Below the pieces are notes generated by a model that saw only the letters and a list, made by a program, of their open reading frames with translations, made no database searches and had not been told where the DNA came from. Shown piece after piece: positions 18,531 through 27,558 of a stretch of 64,000 nucleotides of DNA. Position numbers and translations under genes: made by a program. Position 1 is the first letter of the stretch, and the number at the start of each line of letters is the position of its first letter. Origin of the DNA: Promethearchaeia archaeon. GTDB lineage: Archaea > Asgardarchaeota > Lokiarchaeia > Sigyniarchaeales > SOKP01. The stretch is taken from the NCBI GenBank assembly GCA_029856045.1, contig JAHQWG010000001.1:1-64000 (forward strand). The letters run 5' to 3'.

Positions 18531-19367
18531 TTATTTTATATCTTTTTCCTCTGTTTCTTCTTCCTTAGAAACTTCTCCAGTTTCTTCTTCGGTTTCAATT
18601 TTAGTTTTTTCATCAGGTGTAGTGAGCGAGATTTCTTTAGTTTCCTCCTCATTTATTTGGTCAATTAATTCTAGTTCTTCTGCAGTTGGCTCCCTTTCTA
18701 TTTCTTCAACTTCAAGTTCCCCCACTTTAACCAACTTTCTTATTTCTAAATCTTTATTATCCTTCTCAATAAGTTCTTTATTTAGAAAAAAACCATCACC
18801 TGTTTTATATTCAGCCGGCATTATTTTAATAGTTATTCCCAACACGCCCGACTTTTGAATACATTGGGTTAATCCCTTATCGACAGATTCCAAAGCTGGT
18901 TGACCACACTTAGACATGGTACCTGCTCGAAATATTTGAGTTCTAGATCTTTGAGATGTAACTTTCCCAGAAATTTTAATTTCTACTCCCTTCGCACCAG
19001 CTGCCATTATTTTTCTCAGGATATAATAGGATGCACGTCTATATTGACGCCCCCTATCAAGACTGAATGCTAGCCTCTCAGCCATTATCTGTGCATTCAA
19101 TTCCGGATTCGTAATTTCCTCCACCTCGATTTGTGGAAGATTTAGATCAAATCTTTGTTGCAACTCATCGGTCAACTCTCTTATTCGCTTACCGCTTTTT
19201 CCAATAACGAGCCCTGGTCTGCTTGTTTTCAATGTGATGCGAACACCTAAGGGTGTTTTTTGAATATCAACTCCACTAAATCCAGATCTATTTAATTCTT
19301 TACGAAGATATTCATTAATTTGCATCTGCTTTATTCCCCTTTCTATAAAATGTCTATTTAACGGCAT
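18531..19367 (-). CDS. rps3: 30S ribosomal protein uS3 with acidic C-terminal tail
   Basis: RPGLVIGKSG (KH domain), GAKGVEIKISGK. Confidence 0.97.
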   Translation of the reverse strand: MPLNRHFIERGIKQMQINEYLRKELNRSGFSGVDIQKTPLGVRITLKTSRPGLVIGKSGKRIRELTDELQQRFDLNLPQIEVEEITNPELNAQIMAERLAFSLDRGRQYRRASYYILRKIMAAGAKGVEIKISGKVTSQRSRTQIFRAGTMSKCGQPALESVDKGLTQCIQKSGVLGITIKIMPAEYKTGDGFFLNKELIEKDNKDLEIRKLVKVGELEVEEIEREPTAEELELIDQINEEETKEISLTTPDEKTKIETEEETGEVSKEEETEEKDIK

Positions 19368-19381
19368 ATTTTATCCTCTAT

Positions 19382-19855
19382 TTATTCTTCAAACACAACA
19401 ATTTCTATATGACTTAAATTTTTAAATCTCGGGGTAGAGCGTCCATGAGCACGTTCTATATATCGCTTTATTTTGCGAGCACGATGAGTAGCAGCATGCA
19501 CAATTCTACACACCTCAACATCTAAACCTTTAAATTCCGCATTAGATTCCACGCTCGTAATAATATCATAAATCATACTAGCTGCTTTTATTGGATATCT
19601 ACCTGCATACCACTTCCACCGTTTAAGATTATTTCTATGAGCCTGCTTTTTTTTATGTTTTTTAAAAGGAACCGCTTGTTTTAATAGAATCACTTCTTCA
19701 AGGAATTTCTTTGCTTGTTCAATTCTCATACCCTTAATTGCATTACAGACTTCTAGACACATTTTGGGGGATACTCTAAGATCCCTTCCACTTGCTTTCG
19801 CAATACGGTCTTTATCTAGATTTAACGCTTCTGCAGAATATCCAAATACCGGCAT
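19382..19855 (-). CDS. rpl22: 50S ribosomal protein uL22
   Basis: GRYPIKAA, RAHGRSTP, HIEIV. Confidence 0.97.
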   Translation of the reverse strand: MPVFGYSAEALNLDKDRIAKASGRDLRVSPKMCLEVCNAIKGMRIEQAKKFLEEVILLKQAVPFKKHKKKQAHRNNLKRWKWYAGRYPIKAASMIYDIITSVESNAEFKGLDVEVCRIVHAATHRARKIKRYIERAHGRSTPRFKNLSHIEIVVFEE

Positions 19856-19920
19856 TCATTTAACCCTTTTCATTAATCCTTTATTTTTTATATATTTTTT
19901 AATTCAATCTCTTAGGAAAT

Positions 19921-20469
19921 TCATTTTAATGGAACATATTTTGAAGAGCGAGTTGCTCCTATGCCCGGGCTTCCATGTGATACGTGTATTGTAGGAATTG
20001 AGAATTCTCCTAAAAAGCACCCAATCATATCCGGAAAAATTTTATATGTGACAAACTCATGTCCATTATAAACCCCCACAGTAAGTCCCACCATCTCAGG
20101 AAAGATTATCATATCTCTGCAGTGGGTTCTTATTATTAATTCTTTTCCTTTCTTTTTTGCTCTATATGATCTTCTCAATCGTTCGAGAAGTTTTTTATGT
20201 CTATTGGGAAGACCTCTTTTAAGACTTCGACGCTGTCTTGCTGGTAAGAGTTGAATAAATTCATCCATGTTCATCCTTTTCAGCTCATCAATTGTTTTAC
20301 CTCTGTAAAGAAATTGTCTTTTTGCCAATTCCTCTTCTTCATCTAGTTCTTCTTCAATCTCTGGCTTATCCTCTTCAATAATACTTTCCTTTTCAGCAAT
20401 TTTTTCATTTTTTTCTTTAGATTCCTCTTGATCATCTATATTCTTCTCTTGATTTTCCGGTGGAGGCAT
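19921..20469 (-). CDS. rps19: 30S ribosomal protein uS19 with acidic N-terminal extension
   Basis: RTHCRDMII, PGIGATRSSKYVPLK. Confidence 0.97.
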   Translation of the reverse strand: MPPPENQEKNIDDQEESKEKNEKIAEKESIIEEDKPEIEEELDEEEELAKRQFLYRGKTIDELKRMNMDEFIQLLPARQRRSLKRGLPNRHKKLLERLRRSYRAKKKGKELIIRTHCRDMIIFPEMVGLTVGVYNGHEFVTYKIFPDMIGCFLGEFSIPTIHVSHGSPGIGATRSSKYVPLK

Positions 20470-20606
20470 TATTTCTTCAAACCTTTTTATTTTTATTTCT
20501 TATTCCAATATTTTCCTTTTTTCAGATATTGAATTCAAGCAAACATAATTAAAAAATTTTTTTCAAAAATAAGCAAAATTTGTAATTAAAACTTCTTTCA
20601 ATCATA

Positions 20607-20622
20607 GTTTATAAAATTTTCG
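20607..20622 (-). promoter_or_regulatory. BRE+TATA promoter of the ribosomal protein operon
   Basis: Minus strand CGAAAATTTTATAAAC about 140 nt upstream of rps19. Confidence 0.65.
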
Positions 20623-20689
20623 ATTCGCGGATTTCCCTAAAAAGAAGAGATAATAATTTTTATCGGTGATATTTTTCCATTAATTAAAT

Positions 20690-21400
20690 TTAAAAATATT
20701 GATTTGGATTAAATATCCTTTTGATATCCATCTCATCAAAATCTCCATTCCAATTTTCTCTTATTATTACCCACTCATCCTTATTTTTATTTGGATTAAT
20801 TACAGAATGTATAGTACCTATTGGAATTTCAAATTTTTTATGTTCCTTTACAAAATAATGGATTTTATTTTTATTAATAATAATTGGGTTACCTCCTAAA
20901 ATCTCCCAGAATTCGTTTCGTTTTTTATGTAGTTGCCATGATATGCCCATATTGGGTTTGATAAAAATCAGATTATATTTTTCATATGTAAACTTGAAAC
21001 TATACCATTTTGGAAGAGTATCGATATATTCATCCGGGATATCATAAAATTTTTTAATTTCCTCCAGATCGATATTAACTTTATCAGAATGTACGTATTT
21101 ATATGGATCATAAATTATTTCGTCAAGAGATGGATCATGGGAGTAAGCTACAGCCAAATCTGAATTAGATATATTATAGATCATGTAGTAAGTTTTAGGG
21201 TTAATTGTCATAGTAAAATATAAAACATCTTTTTCTTCAAATTTCAATAGATCTTCTCCATTTATCACATAACAATTAACTCCTTTTTTTTGCATTATAT
21301 CCATTTGGAGTGTTTCAGGACCATTCTTCCTTAAAATTGAACTGCATCCTCTGGAAATAGTTTCACTAAAGTTCATTTTCATAAATTCAATCAATAACAA
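20690..21400 (-). CDS. Cupin-domain protein (type II phosphomannose-isomerase-like C-terminus)
   Basis: ISWQLHKKRNEFWEI, IPIGTIHSVIN, FDEMDIKR. Confidence 0.7.
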   Translation of the reverse strand: MLLIEFMKMNFSETISRGCSSILRKNGPETLQMDIMQKKGVNCYVINGEDLLKFEEKDVLYFTMTINPKTYYMIYNISNSDLAVAYSHDPSLDEIIYDPYKYVHSDKVNIDLEEIKKFYDIPDEYIDTLPKWYSFKFTYEKYNLIFIKPNMGISWQLHKKRNEFWEILGGNPIIINKNKIHYFVKEHKKFEIPIGTIHSVINPNKNKDEWVIIRENWNGDFDEMDIKRIFNPNQYF

Positions 21401-21421
21401 TTTAATTTTTAATAGTTATTC

Positions 21422-22372
21422 TTAATTCTTTATCTTTTTCATTATTTCTTCATAATAAGGCATTGATTTTTGTGCTCCCTTTCTTGTTACGGCAATTGAA
21501 GCGGCTGCTGTTGCAAACTTGGCTGCTTCTGATATGGTTTTTCCTTTAGAGAGAGCACTTGCTAAACATCCGTTGAAGCAATCGCCAGCTCCAACCGTAT
21601 CAACTGCTTGCACTTTAAATACTGGTATAATTTCAAATTTATCTTTATCCTCATAATAAATTAGAGCACCTTTCTTTCCTAAGGTTGTTATTATTGTTTT
21701 AACACCTAATTTGGTTAAATTTTTAGACGCTTGCTTAATTTTTTCTTCATTAGAGCCAGAAAGTTCTTTTTGAATTGAGAAGGAATGCAATCTTAACAAT
21801 TCTCCTTCATTGGGGATGATAATATCAACTTTCTTCAGTATATCTAATGGAATCGGCTTTAAAGGTGCTGGATTTAATATTTTAATAGCAGTTCCTTGTG
21901 AAGCAATTCTGAATATTGTATCAATAGTCTCAATTGAAATTTCCATTTGAACAATAATTACTCTAGCATTTTTAATTAGGTTAGATTTAATCTTTACCTC
22001 ATTAGGAGTTAATCTAAAGTTAGCTCCAGGAGCAACCCCAATTATATTTTCACCATTAGAATCTATCATAATTAACGCAACTCCACTTGCTTCATTGGAA
22101 TCTCTAAAAATATGACTGGTGTCTATACCTTCCGCTTTCAGACGAGAGAGCATTTGATCTCCAAACGTATCTTTACCAATCTTTCCGATAAAAACAGTCT
22201 TTGCACCAGAGCGAACTGACGCAACCGCTTGATTTGCTCCCTTTCCACCTAAGAATTGCTTATAAACACCCCCAGTTATGGTTTCTCCTGGTTTAGGTAA
22301 ACTTTCTAAATAGACATTTAAGTCCATGTTAGATGAGCCAATAATAAGAACATAATTATTATTCTCCAACAT
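21422..22372 (-). CDS. rbsK: Ribokinase (PfkB family)
   Basis: GSSNMDL, GGKGANQAVA, NPAP, PNEGE, DTVGAGDCF. Confidence 0.93.
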   Translation of the reverse strand: MLENNNYVLIIGSSNMDLNVYLESLPKPGETITGGVYKQFLGGKGANQAVASVRSGAKTVFIGKIGKDTFGDQMLSRLKAEGIDTSHIFRDSNEASGVALIMIDSNGENIIGVAPGANFRLTPNEVKIKSNLIKNARVIIVQMEISIETIDTIFRIASQGTAIKILNPAPLKPIPLDILKKVDIIIPNEGELLRLHSFSIQKELSGSNEEKIKQASKNLTKLGVKTIITTLGKKGALIYYEDKDKFEIIPVFKVQAVDTVGAGDCFNGCLASALSKGKTISEAAKFATAAASIAVTRKGAQKSMPYYEEIMKKIKN

Positions 22373-22576
22373 AAATTCAACAAGGTTTTAATATGATTTA
22401 TTCAGATAATATTATCTTCATACTTATCGATGATCTATATTCTTTTTTATTCTTTATTAAAAATTATGGAATAAAATATTTTTTATAAAATTGTATAATT
22501 TTTTTAAATAAAGAGACAATATTATTTTATTGTATTTAGATTCACGTGGATTTAATACTAATTTTTAAATGGAAAA

Positions 22577-23656
22577 ATGAGACGAATAAAAAGTATAGAT
22601 GTATTTCGTGGTTTATGTATTTTTTATATGATAATTGGTCATGCAGTTGTTTGGTGGACAAAGGAATCTCACAAGGAGGCAGTTCTAATATTGAGAAGGA
22701 TAACCGAAATTCTTGGAGCAACAGGATTTCTATTTGTCTCGGGAATTAGTGTGGTTTTAGCATTAAGAACAAAAATGGAAAAGGTAAAAACTGATCTGAA
22801 ATATACCATGCAAGACCTCATTAAGGAACATTATGCACGTTCGTTTTTATTTTTAGTATTGGCTTTAATATATAATGCAATTACTCTTATCTGGTTTTCG
22901 GGGCTATGGGGTATATGGAGTTGGTATATACTTTTTACAATAACAATTTGCTTATTGATTGCATATCCTTTACTAAAGCTACAAAAGATTACTCGCATTT
23001 TTTTAGCGTTTTTTATAATTTTTATTACTTATCCTTTATTTGGAGGGCTTGAAAGCTTAATAGCAAGAGTTCCTGAAAGCGGTTGGACAATTTTATACTA
23101 TATATTATTTAATCCTGTTCAAGAGTACCCAATCTTACCTTATCTTGCTTTTTTTTCTATAGGAACCGTTGTTGGTGAGATTTTCTATGAGATTTATTCA
23201 ATTAAACAAGATGATATAAAAGATATCTCAGTTAAAAAGAAAATTATTAGAAATTTTATAATCTATGGAGCGTTATTAATCACAACTGCAGTATTATGCT
23301 CGATTTTTATATTTGATGATCTAATTTCATTTATCATCAGAACTTCATTTACATGGATGCTCTATGGAATTGGTTTGGACTTAATTCTTATTGGATTTTT
23401 AACATATTTACATGAATTTATACTGACACCAGAATGGAGATATCGTTTTTTATTTTATTTTTCCTACTATTCGCTAACATTATATCTCGGACATAATGTA
23501 ATAGCTTTAATTTTTTGGGAACAATTAGATATAATAACGTGTATTACAATAGCGATTCTAGTAGCAATAGGATTCTGGTATCTTTCAAGATTATTATATA
23601 TCAAGACCGGTCCAAAATATTCAGTAAAATACATTATATCGAAAAGAGTTTCTTAA
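22577..23656 (+). CDS. Membrane acyltransferase, HGSNAT-like/DUF1624 family (paralog 1)
   Basis: RIKSIDVFRGLCI..MIIGH, FLFVSGIS, YSLTLYLGH; multiple TM helices. Confidence 0.8.
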   Translation: MRRIKSIDVFRGLCIFYMIIGHAVVWWTKESHKEAVLILRRITEILGATGFLFVSGISVVLALRTKMEKVKTDLKYTMQDLIKEHYARSFLFLVLALIYNAITLIWFSGLWGIWSWYILFTITICLLIAYPLLKLQKITRIFLAFFIIFITYPLFGGLESLIARVPESGWTILYYILFNPVQEYPILPYLAFFSIGTVVGEIFYEIYSIKQDDIKDISVKKKIIRNFIIYGALLITTAVLCSIFIFDDLISFIIRTSFTWMLYGIGLDLILIGFLTYLHEFILTPEWRYRFLFYFSYYSLTLYLGHNVIALIFWEQLDIITCITIAILVAIGFWYLSRLLYIKTGPKYSVKYIISKRVS

Positions 23657-23882
23657 TGTCTTTTTTTTGATACATAAATATTTAAATAGATTTCATTTAA
23701 AAACATGAAAAAAAGCAGTTCTAAGATTAAATTTTGACTTTTTTATATAATTTATCTATTGTAGAAAAAATCATGCCTAATACAAAATTAAATGGAAAAT
23801 AGAATGGTTTTTATTTTAAAATAAAATTATCAATATATTAACCATTAAAAAAAAATATTAAAACTCAAAACGTGAAAAGAGA

Positions 23883-24212
23883 ATGGCGAAAGATAAAATT
23901 ATTGGCCTTATTATAATGGTTGTTGGTGTTCTATTAGCCATCGTTTACACTTTGGGTTCAGTAGTCGATCTATATTTGCAATCCAGTATTGGTGGAAATA
24001 ATCCTGATGGTTTCATCATTCCTATTCCAGGTTTGATAGACCTTTTCGATTGGAGATTGTTCGTTGTTCTACCGCTCTGGTTGATAATAATGCTCGTATC
24101 TATCATTGCGATTTGGATTGGCTGGTCAATGTTAACCACTCCAGCTCCAGTTCCCTTAGAGGAACTGGAAGAAGAGCTTGAAGCCGAAGAAGCTGAAGCC
24201 GAAGAAGAGTAA
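23883..24212 (+). CDS. Conserved archaeal two-TM membrane protein with acidic tail
   Basis: KDKIIG..., WIGWSMLTTPAPVPLEELEEE pattern. Confidence 0.75.
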   Translation: MAKDKIIGLIIMVVGVLLAIVYTLGSVVDLYLQSSIGGNNPDGFIIPIPGLIDLFDWRLFVVLPLWLIIMLVSIIAIWIGWSMLTTPAPVPLEELEEELEAEEAEAEEE

Positions 24213-24240
24213 TAGAAAACTAAAGTATTATTAAAAAAAA

Positions 24241-24260
24241 TTTCTTTTTTTCTTTTTTAT
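24241..24260 (+). terminator. U-rich archaeal terminator-like tract
   Basis: TTTCTTTTTTTCTTTTTTAT just after the stop of 23883-24212. Confidence 0.45.
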
Positions 24261-24422
24261 CTTTCATTAGATTTATGAAATCTGGTATTCAGAAGCGTTC
24301 TTTTAAGAAATCTATAATTAAAATGGGAATATTGTAAGTATGAATATCTCCTGAAACTGAAAAAATAAAAATTGAAAGATTTTGAAAAATTTAATGTCGA
24401 GGAAATAAATCTATTTAATAGG

Positions 24423-25985
24423 TTAAGCTTTAAAACGAGCATTACCATTCATTATTTTTCGATTAATTATCATATCATTTACCTGCATACCCCCAAGTAA
24501 GCAACCGAATACTCCATGCACAAATTTCGGCTGGAATAATCCCTTTATAGGGGTTCTCATTTTCAAACGAGTTCTACCAAAATTGTCAGTGTATGGTGCC
24601 ATATCAAAAAGTGACCCTGTTGGTGAGCCAGAAAAACGTGCATAAGTAGCAGGTGTGGAAATATCTGTTACCAGAACGTTTTTTCTTAGATCTGGTATAA
24701 GATATTTTTCGACTTTATCTATAAAAAAATCTGCCCATTTCTGTTTCATCTCGTTGTATTTTTCTGGGTCGCTTTTCCGCATTTTCTTCCATTCACCTAA
24801 TGCCATTGGTGTCATATGGATTGTTATATTTGGTTTACTGCCAGTTGTAAGTGAGGGGCATATAACCGCAATATGAAATAGATTGTCAGAAAATCCGATT
24901 TCTCCTGCTTCATAAGCATCAAACAATCGATCGTAAGTGTTTCCTCCCGTAGTGATAATGTTAAATCCACAATCTAATCCTAATCCAGCGAGATCAACAT
25001 TTTCACTTAATCCTAGATTAATATTAAATGCGGAAGTGGACATTTTGACATCATCTATTTTTTGAGCATATTTTTTATCTAACTTTCGAATAACATCCAA
25101 ACCGACCAATTTTTTCATTGAAACCTTAGGGTCGATTGTTGTTACAACATAATCTGCATAGATTTTTTTCCCTCCAGCAATTTCAACTCCCCTTACTTGA
25201 TCATTCTCTACTATTATTTTTTCAACTTTAGTGTTGAGTAATAATTTACCACCCAGATTTAAATATCGTTCCTCCAATTTTTTAGGAAAATCTATAAAAG
25301 GCTCTTTAGTTCGAAATGCACCATCTAAAAGTGAATTCAATGCGGATATAGGAACGAGAGCAGAAACATATTTTGGAGGAAGAGCACTAAAATCAGCAAA
25401 AACATCAAAAATCTCTTTTACTTCAGGTTCAGTTATTCCGAATTGATCAAAATATTCTTTAAAGGTTTTTGAGGCATTTCTAATGATTTTTGGGCATGTA
25501 AACAATAATTTTAGGATTTCTATAAAGGTTGGTTCAATTTTTAACTTGAACAACTCCAAATACATCGCCCTTGAATAATCTAAAAATTTTCTAATTTGCT
25601 TTGCATTTTGTGGGTACTTCTTCATTAACATATTTTTAAAAACCTCTGTTCCGGAAGGGAGTTCAATAACTTTAACTTCATCTGTTTCAGGATTAACCAA
25701 AAAAATACGCATATAATAACCTTTAAAAGCTTTAAACTCTAATTCTAATCCGAAATAATCCACTAATTCAGAAATGTTCGGAAGCATCTGACATGTATCA
25801 AATATAAATCCCTCCCGTTCATATGAAGTGACATAACCACCTGTTTTTGGTTCTTTTTCGATCAGAAGAACAGGTTCTTTCTTAATATTATGATTAAGTG
25901 CCCAAGTGAGAGCGGTGCTTAAACCAGTGATCCCTCCACCAATTACAATTAAAGTTTTTTTATTTTTTTCTGCTTCTTGACTCAT
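24423..25985 (-). CDS. Phytoene desaturase (CrtI)-like FAD-dependent oxidoreductase
   Basis: IGGGITGL, EKEPKTGG, REGFIFD, STPATYARF...GSLF, RTPIKGLF. Confidence 0.85.
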   Translation of the reverse strand: MSQEAEKNKKTLIVIGGGITGLSTALTWALNHNIKKEPVLLIEKEPKTGGYVTSYEREGFIFDTCQMLPNISELVDYFGLELEFKAFKGYYMRIFLVNPETDEVKVIELPSGTEVFKNMLMKKYPQNAKQIRKFLDYSRAMYLELFKLKIEPTFIEILKLLFTCPKIIRNASKTFKEYFDQFGITEPEVKEIFDVFADFSALPPKYVSALVPISALNSLLDGAFRTKEPFIDFPKKLEERYLNLGGKLLLNTKVEKIIVENDQVRGVEIAGGKKIYADYVVTTIDPKVSMKKLVGLDVIRKLDKKYAQKIDDVKMSTSAFNINLGLSENVDLAGLGLDCGFNIITTGGNTYDRLFDAYEAGEIGFSDNLFHIAVICPSLTTGSKPNITIHMTPMALGEWKKMRKSDPEKYNEMKQKWADFFIDKVEKYLIPDLRKNVLVTDISTPATYARFSGSPTGSLFDMAPYTDNFGRTRLKMRTPIKGLFQPKFVHGVFGCLLGGMQVNDMIINRKIMNGNARFKA

Positions 25986-26250
25986 TTTATTCGCTATTCA
26001 TTTAGAATAAAGTATGATAAAAATGTATTTAAAAATATCCATAAAACTATAAAATTAAAAAACACAAAAAAATAGTGTATTTTAATTTTGATAGATAGAA
26101 CCGAATTACATATAATAAGTTTAAAATACAATGTATTTAGTAATAAATTTATGAAGATTGTAGTTGTAGATATTGGAGTATTGGGAATTTTGTGGGCTCA
26201 AAACATCCAAAATCTTAAAATATAAAAAAAAATAGGAGTTATTTGTTAAA

Positions 26251-27558
26251 ATGAATGATCTTAGAAGTAAATTGAAAATTTCTGAGGAGGCATTAAAAGC
26301 TCTAAATGATTTTCTTCTAGATAAGGATAATCTTGTTATTAACGACCTTTTTAAAATTATAGACAAGTATGGTGGGGTTGAAGAGATTAACAAAAAGGCG
26401 GAGGAAACGGGAAAGTTAGAAAATTTAATTCAAAAGTTAGAAAAGAAAAATCCATCATATGTAAAAGATCTCGATTGGTTAATTGAGCAGCGTGATAAAC
26501 AAGCTTTTATTAGTATTCCCGAGTATAGACGGAAGATTCTTGGTGATAAAGCTGAAAAGATGGACTTTGATAATACTTTTGCTGTTACTTTAGAGTTATC
26601 TGCATGTCAGTATTTTCCATTTTTAATTGATATTGCAAAACGAGCTATTGAACATAATTTATTAATGCCTCGCCGGATAATTCGTGTTAGAAAAATGAAA
26701 GAGCAGGAGGAAGATGGAGACCTTTTGGCTATGGCTGCTGCTATGCAAATTATTGGTGCGTCATATGTAGAGACACTTGATACTAAGGGTACAGCTCCAG
26801 GTCCTGATGGATTTCCTGTAAATGTTCATCTTGGTGGCCCTGAAACCATTACCGGTTATTTCGGAGGCGTTGGTCAACCAAATGACTTTGCCTTGAAATG
26901 GGTTGATGAGTATCTCTACTATTATACAAATTATGGAATCAAACAAGTTCTCAACGTAAATCCTGGTACAGTGCTTCTTGGTTATTTTCTTTACAAACTG
27001 GGAATTAATAATGAATTCAAAATTTCAGTCTATATGGGGAACGACAATCCTTATGCTTGTCTTTGGACCTTGATGACAGCAAAGTTATTTGCTCGAGAAG
27101 ATGGTACAAGTCCGTTGATCGGTTTCAATCTTGCAAACTCTGTTAATAACCAAACAATTGAAATGGCGGCATATATTAGGAAACCTTTTGGGTTTGAAGA
27201 TATTGTTCGTTTAGAGCATCACATAGTTGAGACATGGAAAAGCATTGTGAGACAACCATATGATCGTCGAGATGAATTAATTGAACTTGCCAAAAAAGTA
27301 AAGAATGTGAGCGCCAAGCATGAGGGGGGTAATGTCGATGTTGAACAGAAACGAGAGCATCCTTCGGACATTCTTGAATATTTCATGAGCAAAGAGGAGA
27401 TTATGGAAGCAAATTTGTGGGAATCTATGCGAATTAACCATCTTGACCGTAATGATGCAGTAAATGCAACTGCCAGGGCTCTTACTGAGAATGGACTTAC
27501 ATTTCTTGCTGCAAAGAATCTTCATCAACTTAAAAAAATTAGAGGGAAAAATAGATGA
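26251..27558 (+). CDS. Uncharacterised soluble enzyme-like protein (435 aa), translationally coupled to the aldolase-Fae fusion
   Basis: Long ORF, GGAG SD, ATGA stop/start overlap with the next gene; Gly/His/Glu-rich motifs (NVHLGG, GYFGGVGQPN, RLEHH, KHEGG). Confidence 0.8.
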   Translation: MNDLRSKLKISEEALKALNDFLLDKDNLVINDLFKIIDKYGGVEEINKKAEETGKLENLIQKLEKKNPSYVKDLDWLIEQRDKQAFISIPEYRRKILGDKAEKMDFDNTFAVTLELSACQYFPFLIDIAKRAIEHNLLMPRRIIRVRKMKEQEEDGDLLAMAAAMQIIGASYVETLDTKGTAPGPDGFPVNVHLGGPETITGYFGGVGQPNDFALKWVDEYLYYYTNYGIKQVLNVNPGTVLLGYFLYKLGINNEFKISVYMGNDNPYACLWTLMTAKLFAREDGTSPLIGFNLANSVNNQTIEMAAYIRKPFGFEDIVRLEHHIVETWKSIVRQPYDRRDELIELAKKVKNVSAKHEGGNVDVEQKREHPSDILEYFMSKEEIMEANLWESMRINHLDRNDAVNATARALTENGLTFLAAKNLHQLKKIRGKNR

